DNA of 64,000 bases. Origin: Neisseriaceae bacterium (GTDB taxonomy: Bacteria; Pseudomonadota; Gammaproteobacteria; Burkholderiales; Neisseriaceae). The notes below the pieces were generated by a model that worked only from the letters and a program-made list of their open reading frames with translations, had not been told where the DNA came from and did not search any database. The stretch spans positions 118,906-182,905 of the forward strand of contig JBBPJF010000003.1 of assembly GCA_043842855.1 (NCBI GenBank), given 5' to 3'. Position numbers and translations under genes: made by a program. Position 1 is the first letter of the stretch, and the number at the start of each line of letters is the position of its first letter. Below, piece after piece: positions 39,296-49,700 of this stretch.

Positions 39296-40786
39296 TTATG
39301 CGTAGCCCAATTCCTGAGCAATTTGTATCTGCTCACTCAAAACCGTATCGATGTCTTGTAATTGGGTTAAGGGGTTAAATAGAACTGCTCGCAAACAAAC
39401 AATTTCTCCTTCAGGATACTGATGTAATTGACACATAGTCCGAGACACAAACGAAGTTCCTCTCCTTTTTTGCTCCTCTTGCAAATGAACATTCACCTGA
39501 TTTAAAAAAGTCTGTTCGCTCGGCTCTATGACTCTACTACGATAAGCTGCTGGCAAATAGCGATATAACAAAAGATTGAGGGGAGGCCGAGAAAGTAATT
39601 CAAAACATTCTCCTTCATCCACCTGGTTTGCCATATAGCGAGTATTGGATAAGCTATGCTCTAGTATCCTTTCATAGCCTTTTAAGCCAAGTATTTTGAG
39701 TGCTGCATCTAAGTATAATCCATTGGCTGCTCGAGAACCTTCTATTGTGAATCTACCGAGATCTGCTGAGTCACGGCGTACCGCGTAAGGCGCATGTTGT
39801 AAATTTACGCGTGCCAAAAACGGATCCTTAAAGAAAAGCATCCCTGAACCCATTGGCAACATCAATTGTTTATGCCCATCCAAACTAACTGTATCTGCTT
39901 TTTCTATGCCAGACAGCAAATATCTATGAGCAGAGCTCAAAATAAATGCCCCTCCCCAAGCCCCATCGACATGAAAGTGAACCCCATACTTATCCGCCAG
40001 GCGCGCCATGCCTGCTAGGTCATCGATAGAGCCAAAATCGGTACTGCCAGCGATTCCTATCAGGGCAATAACTTTCTTACTCTCTCTTTGACACTGTTCC
40101 AACAACTCTGCTAATTTCTCTAAATCGATCTGGTATTCAGATGTCACAGGACACTTGAGTAAAGTTACACCCAATAAAAGGGCAATCTTTCCAAAAGAAT
40201 AGTGTAGTAACTTTGAACCTATCATTACCACATCGCTGTAGCCATGTGCTAGCCAGTACTTTAACCGGTTACCTTCACACTCGATAGAATTATTTAGTGC
40301 AGCATAAATTGCTGTCAGATTAGAAAGGGTCCCCCCACTGGTAAAAAAACCCAAACTTGTAGCAGGGTTTTGTATATGAACTTTATAAAATTCATCTTCG
40401 AATAAATAGATCAATCGATGTACTTGTGCAATGACCTCTTTTTCCTGAAAAGTTAAAGCATTACTCGTTTCTACCTTTAATACATTCTGATTTAAAGCGA
40501 CCACTAATCTCGCCATCTGCGTCATAAAGGTTGGCAAGCGAGAGGTCATATGGCCAATAAAAGTGGGAGATGCTATATGTGATACGTAAGGTAGAACCTT
40601 ATGAGCTAGAACGTGTATGTATTCTTCACTATTCACTCCCTGTTGGACAATACTGCTAGAAAAAAAGGACTGAACCTCCCCCTTCATAGAAGGACCCGCA
40701 GCATCCTTCTGTTGGTAGAAGTTTTTGATAGTTTGGTCAAGGCTGGTTTCATCCAATTCTCGCTCTAAAAAATACTGATCTTCCAT
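39296..40786 (-). CDS. Group II pyridoxal-phosphate-dependent amino-acid decarboxylase
   Basis: About 496 aa. PLP-lysine motif SLDGHKQL and an HVDGAWGG motif. Substrate cannot be assigned from sequence. Start set at the ATG at 40786; the ORF track starts at a TTG at 40822. Confidence 0.8.
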   Translation of the reverse strand: MEDQYFLERELDETSLDQTIKNFYQQKDAAGPSMKGEVQSFFSSSIVQQGVNSEEYIHVLAHKVLPYVSHIASPTFIGHMTSRLPTFMTQMARLVVALNQNVLKVETSNALTFQEKEVIAQVHRLIYLFEDEFYKVHIQNPATSLGFFTSGGTLSNLTAIYAALNNSIECEGNRLKYWLAHGYSDVVMIGSKLLHYSFGKIALLLGVTLLKCPVTSEYQIDLEKLAELLEQCQRESKKVIALIGIAGSTDFGSIDDLAGMARLADKYGVHFHVDGAWGGAFILSSAHRYLLSGIEKADTVSLDGHKQLMLPMGSGMLFFKDPFLARVNLQHAPYAVRRDSADLGRFTIEGSRAANGLYLDAALKILGLKGYERILEHSLSNTRYMANQVDEGECFELLSRPPLNLLLYRYLPAAYRSRVIEPSEQTFLNQVNVHLQEEQKRRGTSFVSRTMCQLHQYPEGEIVCLRAVLFNPLTQLQDIDTVLSEQIQIAQELGYA

Positions 40787-41137
40787 AGATTTCCCAAGTA
40801 AAAGCAAAACTAACTGATACAATCCCCTCTCAGCAAAGGGCTGAGTCGAAGAATAATGGACCTAACGAGAAGGACAAGGTTGCCAGACCTCCTTGCAGGA
40901 AAGGAGCACAAATATAGCACAGGAAGCTACGCTGCAAATAGTGACTTTAAGTTAGCTGTTTTTGAGACGATTAGTTAGCTTAGACTAAAAGAACTTAGCG
41001 CAAATATAAGAATACCCTTATACTTAAGCTGGCTGTCGGGAACAGGAACCGGTAAAACTACTGTTTGTTCTAGAGCCATCCAGGACAAGACTCACTGGGT
41101 TGCTTGCTCTATCTACCTTTTGTTTGAGACTAAAAAT

Positions 41138-41371
41138 ATGGATATCCACTTCAACATCGCTTCTAAAGTAAAACTACATGCTCAACAGGCCATACAATCT
41201 CTGGCGCAAGTATTCGATATTACAGATATTAACCAGTTCAAAGAATATGAAAAAGTGCAGCAAGCCATCTGTCGCATTATCAGCGAAATTGATGCTTCAC
41301 TATTACTGCCCATATATGACCAATACCCAGAACTAAGTGATCTGGAATATAGCAGGGCCACACCAAAGTGA
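41138..41371 (+). CDS. Hypothetical small helical protein
   Basis: 77-aa ORF from the ATG at 41138. No recognisable motif and no obvious RBS. Coding status is uncertain. Confidence 0.3.
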   Translation: MDIHFNIASKVKLHAQQAIQSLAQVFDITDINQFKEYEKVQQAICRIISEIDASLLLPIYDQYPELSDLEYSRATPK

Positions 41372-41433
41372 GCTTTCCGCTCTCTGCTATTCAGCCTAAC
41401 ACACCCCCCGCCTAGACCCTGCGCGGAATACTC

Positions 41434-41509
41434 TGGTGGAGGTAAGCGGAATCGAACCGCTGACCACTTGCATGCCATGCAAGTGCTCTACCAACTGAGC
41501 TATACCCCC
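41434..41509 (-). tRNA. tRNA-Ala (anticodon GGC)
   Basis: 76 nt, GGGGGTATAGCTCAGTTGGTAGAGCACTTGCATGGCATGCAAGTGGTCAGCGGTTCGATTCCGCTTACCTCCACCA. The G3-U70 identity pair is present and CCA is encoded. Confidence 0.95.
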
Positions 41510-41704
41510 GCACCACAACGAAGCCCGACTATACCAGCAAATAAGCTTACAATCTACCCCCGCATCGAATATACAGGGGGTCACACACTTCCCCTTTATT
41601 GGGTTAGCAAAACAGCAAAAGAACTTCCGGAAATTTGAGAATATCAGTAAAGAACCTCGGAGAACGCCACCCGTCAAACTGACGGATGGCTTCCTGGAGC
41701 GCTA

Positions 41705-41974
41705 CTATTGTTTTTTAGTAACAAGACCGTAAATAAATAGCAAAATGACTGAACCGATAAGAGCCATAACAAAGCTATAGAGATTAAAGCCAGCATTAAC
41801 TCCTCCCCAGCCCAGCTGATTACCAATCCAACCACCGAGGAAAGAGCCTATGATACCGAGGGCGATGGTTACCAGATAGCCAGCACCCTGCGCCTTTCCA
41901 GGCATCAAGAAACGTGCTACCACACCCACTACTAGACCGAACACAATCCAGATGACAACTGAAGTTAAATTCAT
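41705..41974 (-). CDS. GlsB/YeaQ/YmgE-family (transglycosylase-associated) membrane protein
   Basis: 89 aa with three Gly-rich TM helices (GLVVGVVARFLMPG, IALGIIGSFLGGWIG), typical of the family. Confidence 0.8.
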   Translation of the reverse strand: MNLTSVVIWIVFGLVVGVVARFLMPGKAQGAGYLVTIALGIIGSFLGGWIGNQLGWGGVNAGFNLYSFVMALIGSVILLFIYGLVTKKQ

Positions 41975-42230
41975 AAAGCACCTCCTTTATCAGATAGAAA
42001 ACAAACACTCACAAAACCACTAACCTGGGCCAGCTAAAGCCTGAATTAAACGATAGAGAAGCATACTACAAAACCGAATTGGTCCTCGGCGGTAAGCCTT
42101 AGTTATGTTACCATACTGGCAATAAATTTAGTAATTTTAATTTCAATTTTCTGCTGCTATCTTGGGCGCTAATCCTGAATGGTGTGGGCTTAAATTCTGC
42201 ACACTTGCCCCTGCTTTTGGAGCACTTTGC

Positions 42231-42845
42231 ATGCATAGTTTCCCTTTCACTAGAAGGCAAATGTTAGCCCAATATTTAGATCGATTGATCGATAAGCTGA
42301 ATAGAACTATTTCAGGCATACACTCTGCTAGGAATACTCTCTATCTTACGTATTTTCCTACACCTCTGGGATTTTATTGCGGGGGTGCTATGGAAGACAA
42401 AATTGCTTTCTTGGCCTCTTTTCATTGTCCAGACCTCTATACAACTCTGTTGAGACTAGCCAAGGCTCATAGCACAAACCTACAAATCAAAAGAACTGCT
42501 ACACTTTCCGAATTAATACAACAACTACAAGCTTATTTCGATCAACGATTAATTACTTTTGATTTACCTATCGTGACACGTGGTACTTATTTTCAGGAAA
42601 AAGTGTGGGCTGTCTTGAGAGAAGTCCCCTACGGTGTGACCATCACCTATAAGGAGGAAGCACTGAGGTTAAATCAACCCAGCGCTGCGCGTGCAGTTGG
42701 CAGAGCCAATGCTCTTAATCCAATTACAATCCTCATCCCCTGTCACCGCGTGATTAGTAACAAAAAAACTTTGCTTGGGTATTCATCAGGTTTGAGAATC
42801 AAGAAAAAACTACTACAATTGGAGGGTGTAAGAATGCAGAAGTAA
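42231..42845 (+). CDS. ogt: Methylated-DNA-protein-cysteine methyltransferase
   Basis: C-terminal active site IPCHRVI, preceded by the ARAVGRANALNP helix-turn-wing. Start set at the ATG at 42231; the ORF track starts at a TTG at 42162. Confidence 0.82.
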   Translation: MHSFPFTRRQMLAQYLDRLIDKLNRTISGIHSARNTLYLTYFPTPLGFYCGGAMEDKIAFLASFHCPDLYTTLLRLAKAHSTNLQIKRTATLSELIQQLQAYFDQRLITFDLPIVTRGTYFQEKVWAVLREVPYGVTITYKEEALRLNQPSAARAVGRANALNPITILIPCHRVISNKKTLLGYSSGLRIKKKLLQLEGVRMQK

Positions 42846-42884
42846 GTTATTTTTCTTCCTCATAACTTCATCCTGAGGTTTCTC

Positions 42885-43892
42885 GTGCGATTTCGACTCC
42901 CCAACCGGGCTCTTGTGCTGTTTTTCCTCCTGCTATTAACTAGCTGTCAGCCAAACAAAGAAGATACCCACTCTTCTACTAGCCTCGATAATGAAACTGT
43001 TAAAATCACCAGCAGTCTTTGGATGATTAGTAAGGAGGGAGAACCAACCTCTTATCTTCTAGGATCTTTGCATTTTGGCAAAGCTAACGACCAGCTTCCA
43101 CTCAATATTCAACAAATAATTCAACAGGTAGATTATGTCTATACAGAAGTAAAAATTCCGGTTGATTTAGTCCATCCCAAAGATCCTGATTTTAAAAGCT
43201 TCATAGCCAAAGTTTATGATAAAAATACGAGTCCTCTCTCATCCAAAATAGGTTTAGAACGATTCAACAAAATTAGAGCAATGCTACAGACGCTCGCACA
43301 AAAAAAACGACTCAGATACGATACTAGATCATTAGAGCATATGCAGCTTTGGTTTCTGCCACTCTATCTGCCACAAATTATCGTAGAGAATTCTTTCAAT
43401 CCTGAAAAAGGACTTGATCAGCTCGTACTCGCGGAAGCAAGAAAATTAAAAAAAACTCTGGGGGCTTTGGAAGAACATATGTTCCGTTATCATATTCTCA
43501 AAGACAAACCTATCTACTTGATCATGAATGATATTGACCAAATACTAAATAACCCCACTTTGGCGGAATGGTCTATGCGCTCCATTTATGAACTTTATCA
43601 CAGCAACACTGGTTTTGAGATCATAGGTATGTCTTTAAACCCTGAACGATCTATACTGGGGTTTCTTCAAGGTAAAAAAAACCTTCAGTCTGCCAATTGG
43701 CTTAGAAAAGAACTATTGGAAAAGAGAAACCTCCATTGGGTACCTAAGATACTAGCTTTATTACCCCACCAAAAGACCCTATTCGTCGTCGGATTATTAC
43801 ATCTTTACGGGCCCACAGGTCTCGTGCAGCAACTCAAGAATAAAGGCTATACATTAACACCACTCTCTCCAAGCCAAACTGTATACCCTTAA
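42885..43892 (+). CDS. TraB/GumN-family lipoprotein
   Basis: 335 aa with a GTG start. Lipobox LLLTSC, GSLHFG motif, and a C-terminal VVGLLHLYGPTGL motif typical of TraB/GumN proteins. Confidence 0.7.
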   Translation: MRFRLPNRALVLFFLLLLTSCQPNKEDTHSSTSLDNETVKITSSLWMISKEGEPTSYLLGSLHFGKANDQLPLNIQQIIQQVDYVYTEVKIPVDLVHPKDPDFKSFIAKVYDKNTSPLSSKIGLERFNKIRAMLQTLAQKKRLRYDTRSLEHMQLWFLPLYLPQIIVENSFNPEKGLDQLVLAEARKLKKTLGALEEHMFRYHILKDKPIYLIMNDIDQILNNPTLAEWSMRSIYELYHSNTGFEIIGMSLNPERSILGFLQGKKNLQSANWLRKELLEKRNLHWVPKILALLPHQKTLFVVGLLHLYGPTGLVQQLKNKGYTLTPLSPSQTVYP

Positions 43893-44031
43893 TTAACTCT
43901 TCGCGTCCCTTTCCCTGTACACAAGTCTCTTACCGGCGAATTACCTAGCTGCCAGTCATCCGGCCTTTGACTAACTAACAAATATAACCATAACTAAACT
44001 GGTTACGAAGTAGAAACTACCTAGTAGTACA

Positions 44032-44061
44032 TTGCTTTGCTAGATTGGTTATTGCTATAAT
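44032..44061 (+). promoter_or_regulatory. Candidate sigma70 promoter for the 44109 gene
   Basis: TTGCTT-N18-TATAAT, 48 nt upstream of the ATG. A strong RBS (AAGAGGAG) precedes the start. Confidence 0.35.
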
Positions 44062-44108
44062 CCGAGGTGCTGCGTTACGTTTGATCATTTTTTAAGAGGA
44101 GTCCCCTA

Positions 44109-44528
44109 ATGAGTCTCAAAAAAAGCGTTCAAGAGTATTTCAAAGCCAGTCTAGACATGGATACTGAAGCCATGGCGAAGGATTTTGCTAGTGATATCGA
44201 AATCCAAAATATAGCACCCAATTTTACCCGTTACATCTACGGAGTTGAGCAGTTCAAACGATCTGGTAATGAGGAAGCTACTAAATTCGCTAAACAGATG
44301 TTAGAGATCTTTGATAGCCCTAAGCAAGAGATCTCTAAGATTGTAGAAAAAGGCGATACAGTGGAGATTAAGGTTGCATTCGAGGGGGTGGTCAATAAAG
44401 ATCTTGGCCCGCAGGCTCCCTACAAAAGGGGCGACTCGGTAAAAAATGAGTCCCGTTCTGTTTTTAAGTTCAATGAACAGGGAAAGATTATCTTGATACA
44501 AAATTACCTGACCTCCCCCCAGGCTTAA
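44109..44528 (+). CDS. Hypothetical protein, possibly NTF2/SnoaL-like fold
   Basis: 139 aa with a good RBS. The alpha+beta pattern ending in GDTVEIKVAFEG...SVFKFNEQGKIILIQNY resembles NTF2-like proteins. The assignment is tentative. Confidence 0.45.
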   Translation: MSLKKSVQEYFKASLDMDTEAMAKDFASDIEIQNIAPNFTRYIYGVEQFKRSGNEEATKFAKQMLEIFDSPKQEISKIVEKGDTVEIKVAFEGVVNKDLGPQAPYKRGDSVKNESRSVFKFNEQGKIILIQNYLTSPQA

Positions 44529-44637
44529 AGTCTCCCCTCGTCGCGTCGAATTTAGGGATACAGAAGTCTTTAGTTTCTAATACTTGGGTCGTACCCCCTC
44601 TCTACTTTTTATATTTTTAAGTTAGAGGGAGGTTGGG

Positions 44638-46752
44638 ATGTATCGTGCTTTTCGTTTATCGTGCAATGGACTTTGCTTTTTATCACTTGGGATTGCTGGA
44701 AGCTTGGGACTGCTTCCTCGTTTTAGCTTTGCTCAACCGGTGAAAGAGTTCGATAATTTTTATGTTATTGGTGACAGTCTTAATGATTCCGGTATAGGCA
44801 AGTCGCTCAATGCGGGGGATATCAATTTTACTAATACTGAGATAATCCATCAGAAGCTCTGGAATTCTCCTCTGGTCGATTTCCGTTTGGGAGGGAGTAA
44901 TTTTTCAGTTCTGGGCAATACAGTATTTCAAACTTTAAAACTCCTGAAACAGGTGAACCTGAGCACCCTGAAGAAAGGTCAACATAATCTGTACTACATT
45001 CTTCTGGGTGCTAATGATATTAAATTAGATCCGGTGATTCATCCTCTTGGTTGGGGGTTACAAACAAAATATGAAAGAACTACCAATCGGCTGCTTAACC
45101 TAGTAGAAGAATTGGGAGATCACCAGAACCATACTGTCATTGTTAATACCGTTCCTGACTTTGGTATCACCCCCTTGTTCTCCTGTTTACTGGTATTGCC
45201 CAGACTTGATTTCATGCAGATAATAAATTTTTATGGTCACCCTTATTTACAGCCTCTGTATACACTAACTGAAGAAATTTATAAAAATACTTATCACTTA
45301 TTCGAGCTTCCTTGGATAGCTCAGAGCTTAAAGATGATAGGATTTTATACTCCACAAGGGCTAAGAGAATATGCGAGAAATTTCTTTTTTGACGAAAGGC
45401 TTCCTCTGCGGGATAACTTGGATAGGTATACCAATGGTCTTTATCAAGGAACCCTACTTGGACTCTTTATACCAGGAATTTATAACCTACTCCGAAAAGA
45501 ATTAACGCGTAACACACGTCTTTTTAATGAAATATACTTTCAAAAGCTTTTACAAACCGATGAAAATTTAGTTATAGTTGATTTGCAACAAGCGCTGGAA
45601 GATCTTATGTCTCAGTATAGCAAGTTCGGATTTGATGATATAGTTTTTCCAGGCTGTGCACCAGGCACTCTTTCCCTAAAGCTCGGTGAAACTTGTAACT
45701 CTCATTCTCCTTTTCTAGATGAAAGCCGACTTTATGCATTTGCTGATGTGGTCCATCCTTCAGCTCAAGCACAACAGGCTGCAGCTGAGTATGCTTTAGC
45801 CATCTTGGGTGCACCTATACAATACAGTTCACTTTTATCTCAGCAAATTCAGATAGCTGGTAGCTTGGAAAACAAAATTGACCAATCCATAGAAATGGCT
45901 TTAAAAAATCCTTTTAACCTGCCTTTTTCTCAACTCTCGCTCAATTATTCCCTAGCCCAAGGAGGGCCTCTAGACCATCAGGGTATTAAAGCAAAGAGAA
46001 ATCTGTTAAATACCCTTGATTTTTCTTATCTTCATTCCCTGAGCCAAGCGAATACAGCAGGTATTTTGGCTAGTTTGAACTATGGTAATTCAAGAGGCTA
46101 TGAAAATTACCATTACTTGCTTAAGGAACCAGTTCTTAGTTTGTTTGATTTACAGCGTTGGACTCAACATCTCTGGAGCAGTATTGAAGCTAGCTATGGG
46201 GCCCTTACAGTTGACCCCATTAGGCGTACTATCCCTCTTTACAAGGGAGCAATACAAGAAGAAGGCCATACGAAGGGTATTCTTACACACTTGAGTGGGA
46301 AAATGGGTTATTTATTTAATTTTCAAAATAATTCTCACTTGAATACTTACCTGGGTCTGACTCAAAACAGAATTCATATTAAAGGGTTTGATGAAAAATT
46401 TCATTTTAAAAGTATGGATATGTCTTTTGCGCCCATCCACTTTAAGCAAACCTATGCAACACTAGGCCTACAATATTGGCGACAGCTCTCTACGTTCTAT
46501 GGATCGCTGGCATTGGCTGTTCATCATCAATTTTCTCCTATCAACTATTCTGTGGCAGCTGGACTGAAAAAATTTGCTAGAAAATTTAAGCGTAAGGTAA
46601 CCTTGGGCCCAGAAAATTGGCTAGATATACAGGTAGCATTGGGGAAATCCTTTAACCGAGCTTCTCAATTACAAGCTTCTCTTGGCATACAAACTGGAGT
46701 ATCAACAAATGTACAATATCAAGTACAGCTAAGTTGGAGCTACCATTTTTAG
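44638..46752 (+). CDS. Autotransporter with SGNH/GDSL lipase-esterase passenger domain (EstA-like)
   Basis: 704 aa with a signal peptide. GDSL block I (FYVIGDSLNDSG), block III (LGANDI), and block V D-x-x-H (FADVVHPS). The C-terminal about 280 aa has beta-strand periodicity and ends in an aromatic residue (SWSYHF). RBS GGGAGG is present. Confidence 0.85.
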   Translation: MYRAFRLSCNGLCFLSLGIAGSLGLLPRFSFAQPVKEFDNFYVIGDSLNDSGIGKSLNAGDINFTNTEIIHQKLWNSPLVDFRLGGSNFSVLGNTVFQTLKLLKQVNLSTLKKGQHNLYYILLGANDIKLDPVIHPLGWGLQTKYERTTNRLLNLVEELGDHQNHTVIVNTVPDFGITPLFSCLLVLPRLDFMQIINFYGHPYLQPLYTLTEEIYKNTYHLFELPWIAQSLKMIGFYTPQGLREYARNFFFDERLPLRDNLDRYTNGLYQGTLLGLFIPGIYNLLRKELTRNTRLFNEIYFQKLLQTDENLVIVDLQQALEDLMSQYSKFGFDDIVFPGCAPGTLSLKLGETCNSHSPFLDESRLYAFADVVHPSAQAQQAAAEYALAILGAPIQYSSLLSQQIQIAGSLENKIDQSIEMALKNPFNLPFSQLSLNYSLAQGGPLDHQGIKAKRNLLNTLDFSYLHSLSQANTAGILASLNYGNSRGYENYHYLLKEPVLSLFDLQRWTQHLWSSIEASYGALTVDPIRRTIPLYKGAIQEEGHTKGILTHLSGKMGYLFNFQNNSHLNTYLGLTQNRIHIKGFDEKFHFKSMDMSFAPIHFKQTYATLGLQYWRQLSTFYGSLALAVHHQFSPINYSVAAGLKKFARKFKRKVTLGPENWLDIQVALGKSFNRASQLQASLGIQTGVSTNVQYQVQLSWSYHF

Positions 46753-49700
46753 TGAATTTTAGATAGCTCTAACCACTGTTTATCTAGCTGTTTAAAGGAT
46801 ACTTTTTGGGCTGGCCTAATAGCTTGTGCAAATTGGGCCAGCCTCAATTCTTCTAATTGCCAACGGTAGGCTGTCCATGCTTGAGTTAGCACCGCTCCTT
46901 CTAATCTAGCTAATTCCATTCGTTTAAATAAGCGTGTTTCCAATATTTCTAAACGTTTTTCACCTTCTTCATCACGCGTAGGGTTTCTGAAATACTGTTG
47001 TAACCTTATCCGAATAGCTTTTAGATAGAGCGGCAGTCTTGGCCAAATCTCCCAGGGCGTTTCAAGTATGAAGCCTTGATAAATGAGTCTATTTAGTTGT
47101 TGCAGTACTGTTTTCTGCAAAGGGTGGCTATTTAATTGAGCTTTTAATCCATGGAACTCTACAACCACTTGAAGCAAATATTGTTTTATTTCAAGTATTG
47201 CTGAAGATAATTTTATTTTATCCAGTTTGAGCTGTTTTTTTAATTCTACTTCACTACGAGGTAAATTAACCGTTAAAAAAATTTTCTGAATAACAGCTTC
47301 AAGTATTTCTTGTCTTAGCAAGCTGGTGCTATAAAGGCCGCCTAATAATAAAACTATTTGATCCAGGTTAGCTAAGTCTTCCAATATTCCTTTCAGCTGT
47401 CTTTTCAAAAAGGTTTGAATTAGCTTTAAGAGCCCTTTTCGATGTGCTTGTTCAGCTGCCAGGGCAGTTTCAAAAAGGCGTATGCCCACTTTACCATTAT
47501 CTTCATGCAATGCTGGATATCCTACTACCCTCTCCCTAGCTCTAGAAAAATTTACTTCTATAGGTAATCCACCTTGAGTCCACTGCTCCCAATAATTTTC
47601 TCTATCTACTAAATCAGCTGTAAACTCTTCGCTACAAAAAGCCCGACTGACTTTTTCAGCTAGCTCCCGCCGTAACTGATAGATATCTCTACCCATCCCT
47701 AACTCTACACCATGCTCATCTAATACTTGAATATTCATATAACAATACATGGGAAGTGTATAGTCACACCAGACGCTTTTTATGGCTTCCAATTGGTTTA
47801 TATCTCCTATTTTTCTACCTATAGCTTTAGCTAGTTGTAGATGGATAGGAGCTGCAAAATCAAGCTTAGAAGCCAAAAATTCTGTTAAAAATTGCGGAAT
47901 GGGAACACAATATTTTCTTATCGCTTTAGGTAGGGCTTTAATTAAATACTGCAGCTTTTCTCTGATCATGCCAGGCACTAGCCATTCTAGTTGCTTGGCA
48001 TTAACTTGATTAAGTAGCTGTAGGGGTAACTGCAATGTAACCCCATCCATTGGATGCCCAGGCTCAAATCGATAAAGAAGCGTCAATTCATTAATGCCCA
48101 AACGAATGCTCGAGGGGAATTGTGCTTCTACCTGATGCTGTTTTGTCTGACTGATGATCTCTTCGAAATGGAGGCTGAGCATTTCATTTCGTACTTGACT
48201 GTTCTCGCTTAACCAAGTTCGTAAAGTTAAGAGGTTGATTACTTCTGTAGGGAGTTTTTGGTCATAAAAAGTAAATAGAACCTCCTCCAAGAAAATACTT
48301 CGTTTCCTAGCTTTGTGCTCTACTTCCTCTACTTTTTCAACCACTATTTTGTTGTTAAGATAAAAAGACGCACTAAGGTCTATCTGTCCAGCTATTAATC
48401 CCTCCCTAATAAATATTTCTCGGGCCAGCTCCTTATTTACCTTACTACAACTAACCATCCTTCCAGTAACTATCGTAAGTCCGCACATTATGACCTTTTC
48501 ATCCACTACAGTTTCGCCGCGCTTTTTAGACCAGCGAGGATTGGTGTGATGGTATTTCACTAAATGCGGCGTCTCCTTCTCTATCCATGTAGGCTCTATA
48601 CTCGCTAGGTTTCTAGCATACACTCTAGATGTACTTACCAACTCTGCAGCTACTACCCATTTAGGTTTTTTTTTGCTTAGAGAAGAACTAGGAAAAATTT
48701 GGAAGCGACTTCCTCTAGTACCCATATACACATCATCAGCGGGGGACTTTAATCCTACTTTTGTAGCCAAACCCGTTAATAAAGCCTTGTGAATAGCATT
48801 ATAACGATGCTGTGAAATGCTCATATCTGTTATTTCAAGCAAGTTGTTACGGCTTACGCTTAGCCCCCAACGCTCAACAATTTCCTTCAACTGAGTAAAT
48901 ACTTCTTTCCATTCTCTCATTCTGTGATAGGAAAGGAAGTGTTGCTTTGCCCAAGCTAATAGTTCTCTATTAGAGGTTTTTTCATTTATTTTATGCTGAA
49001 AGGCATTCCATAGCTGCAAACTTCCGATAAAGTCGGAGCGCGGATCAGCAAATTTAGCATGTGCTGCTTTTGCTGCTTCCTTTGACTCAAATGGATACTC
49101 TCGAGGATCTTCAATGGATAAAGCTGAAATAATAACTAGTATTTCAGAAACGCAATTGTAGCTATCTGAGGCAAGTATAATTCTTGCAAATCGTGGGTCT
49201 ACTGGAAGCTGTGCCATCCTTTTTCCTAAATTAGTCAGGGCCTTATACTTGTCAATAGCCCCTAACTCATACAAATCCTGTAAGCCATTGTTCACTAACC
49301 GTTGAGCTGGCTTTTCTAAAAAGGAAAAGGATTCTATTGATCCTAGTGGAAGTGAAAGCAAGGTCAAAATTACATGTGCTAAATTGGAACGAAGTATTTC
49401 CGCATCGGTAAACTTTGCACGAGAAAGGTAATCCTGCTCTGAAAATAGGCGAATACAGGTACCTTCACTTATACGACCACAACGCCCTGCTCTCTGCTGA
49501 GCTGCTGCTTGCGAGATTTTTTCTATTTTTAATTGCTCAACTTTAGTTCTTGTAGAATATCGCTTGATTCTAGCAAGTCCAGTATCAACTACATACTTAA
49601 TACCAGGCACAGTTAAAGAAGTCTCTGCTACATTGGTGCTTAATATGACGCGTGGAACTGATCCCGGTTTAAAAATTTTTTGTTGTTCAGCACTGGGAAG

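Noticed and set aside
40823-41433. Possible integrated island at the 3' side of tRNA-Ala, containing the orphan 77-aa ORF.
   Set aside because: No direct repeat of the tRNA 3' end, no integrase, and the region is only about 0.6 kb.
41660-41695. 10-bp imperfect hairpin CCACCCGTCA-AAC-TGACGGATGG downstream of the yeaQ-like gene, considered as a terminator.
   Set aside because: It is not followed by a U-run on the minus strand. It could be a Rho-dependent or processing site but cannot be supported from sequence.
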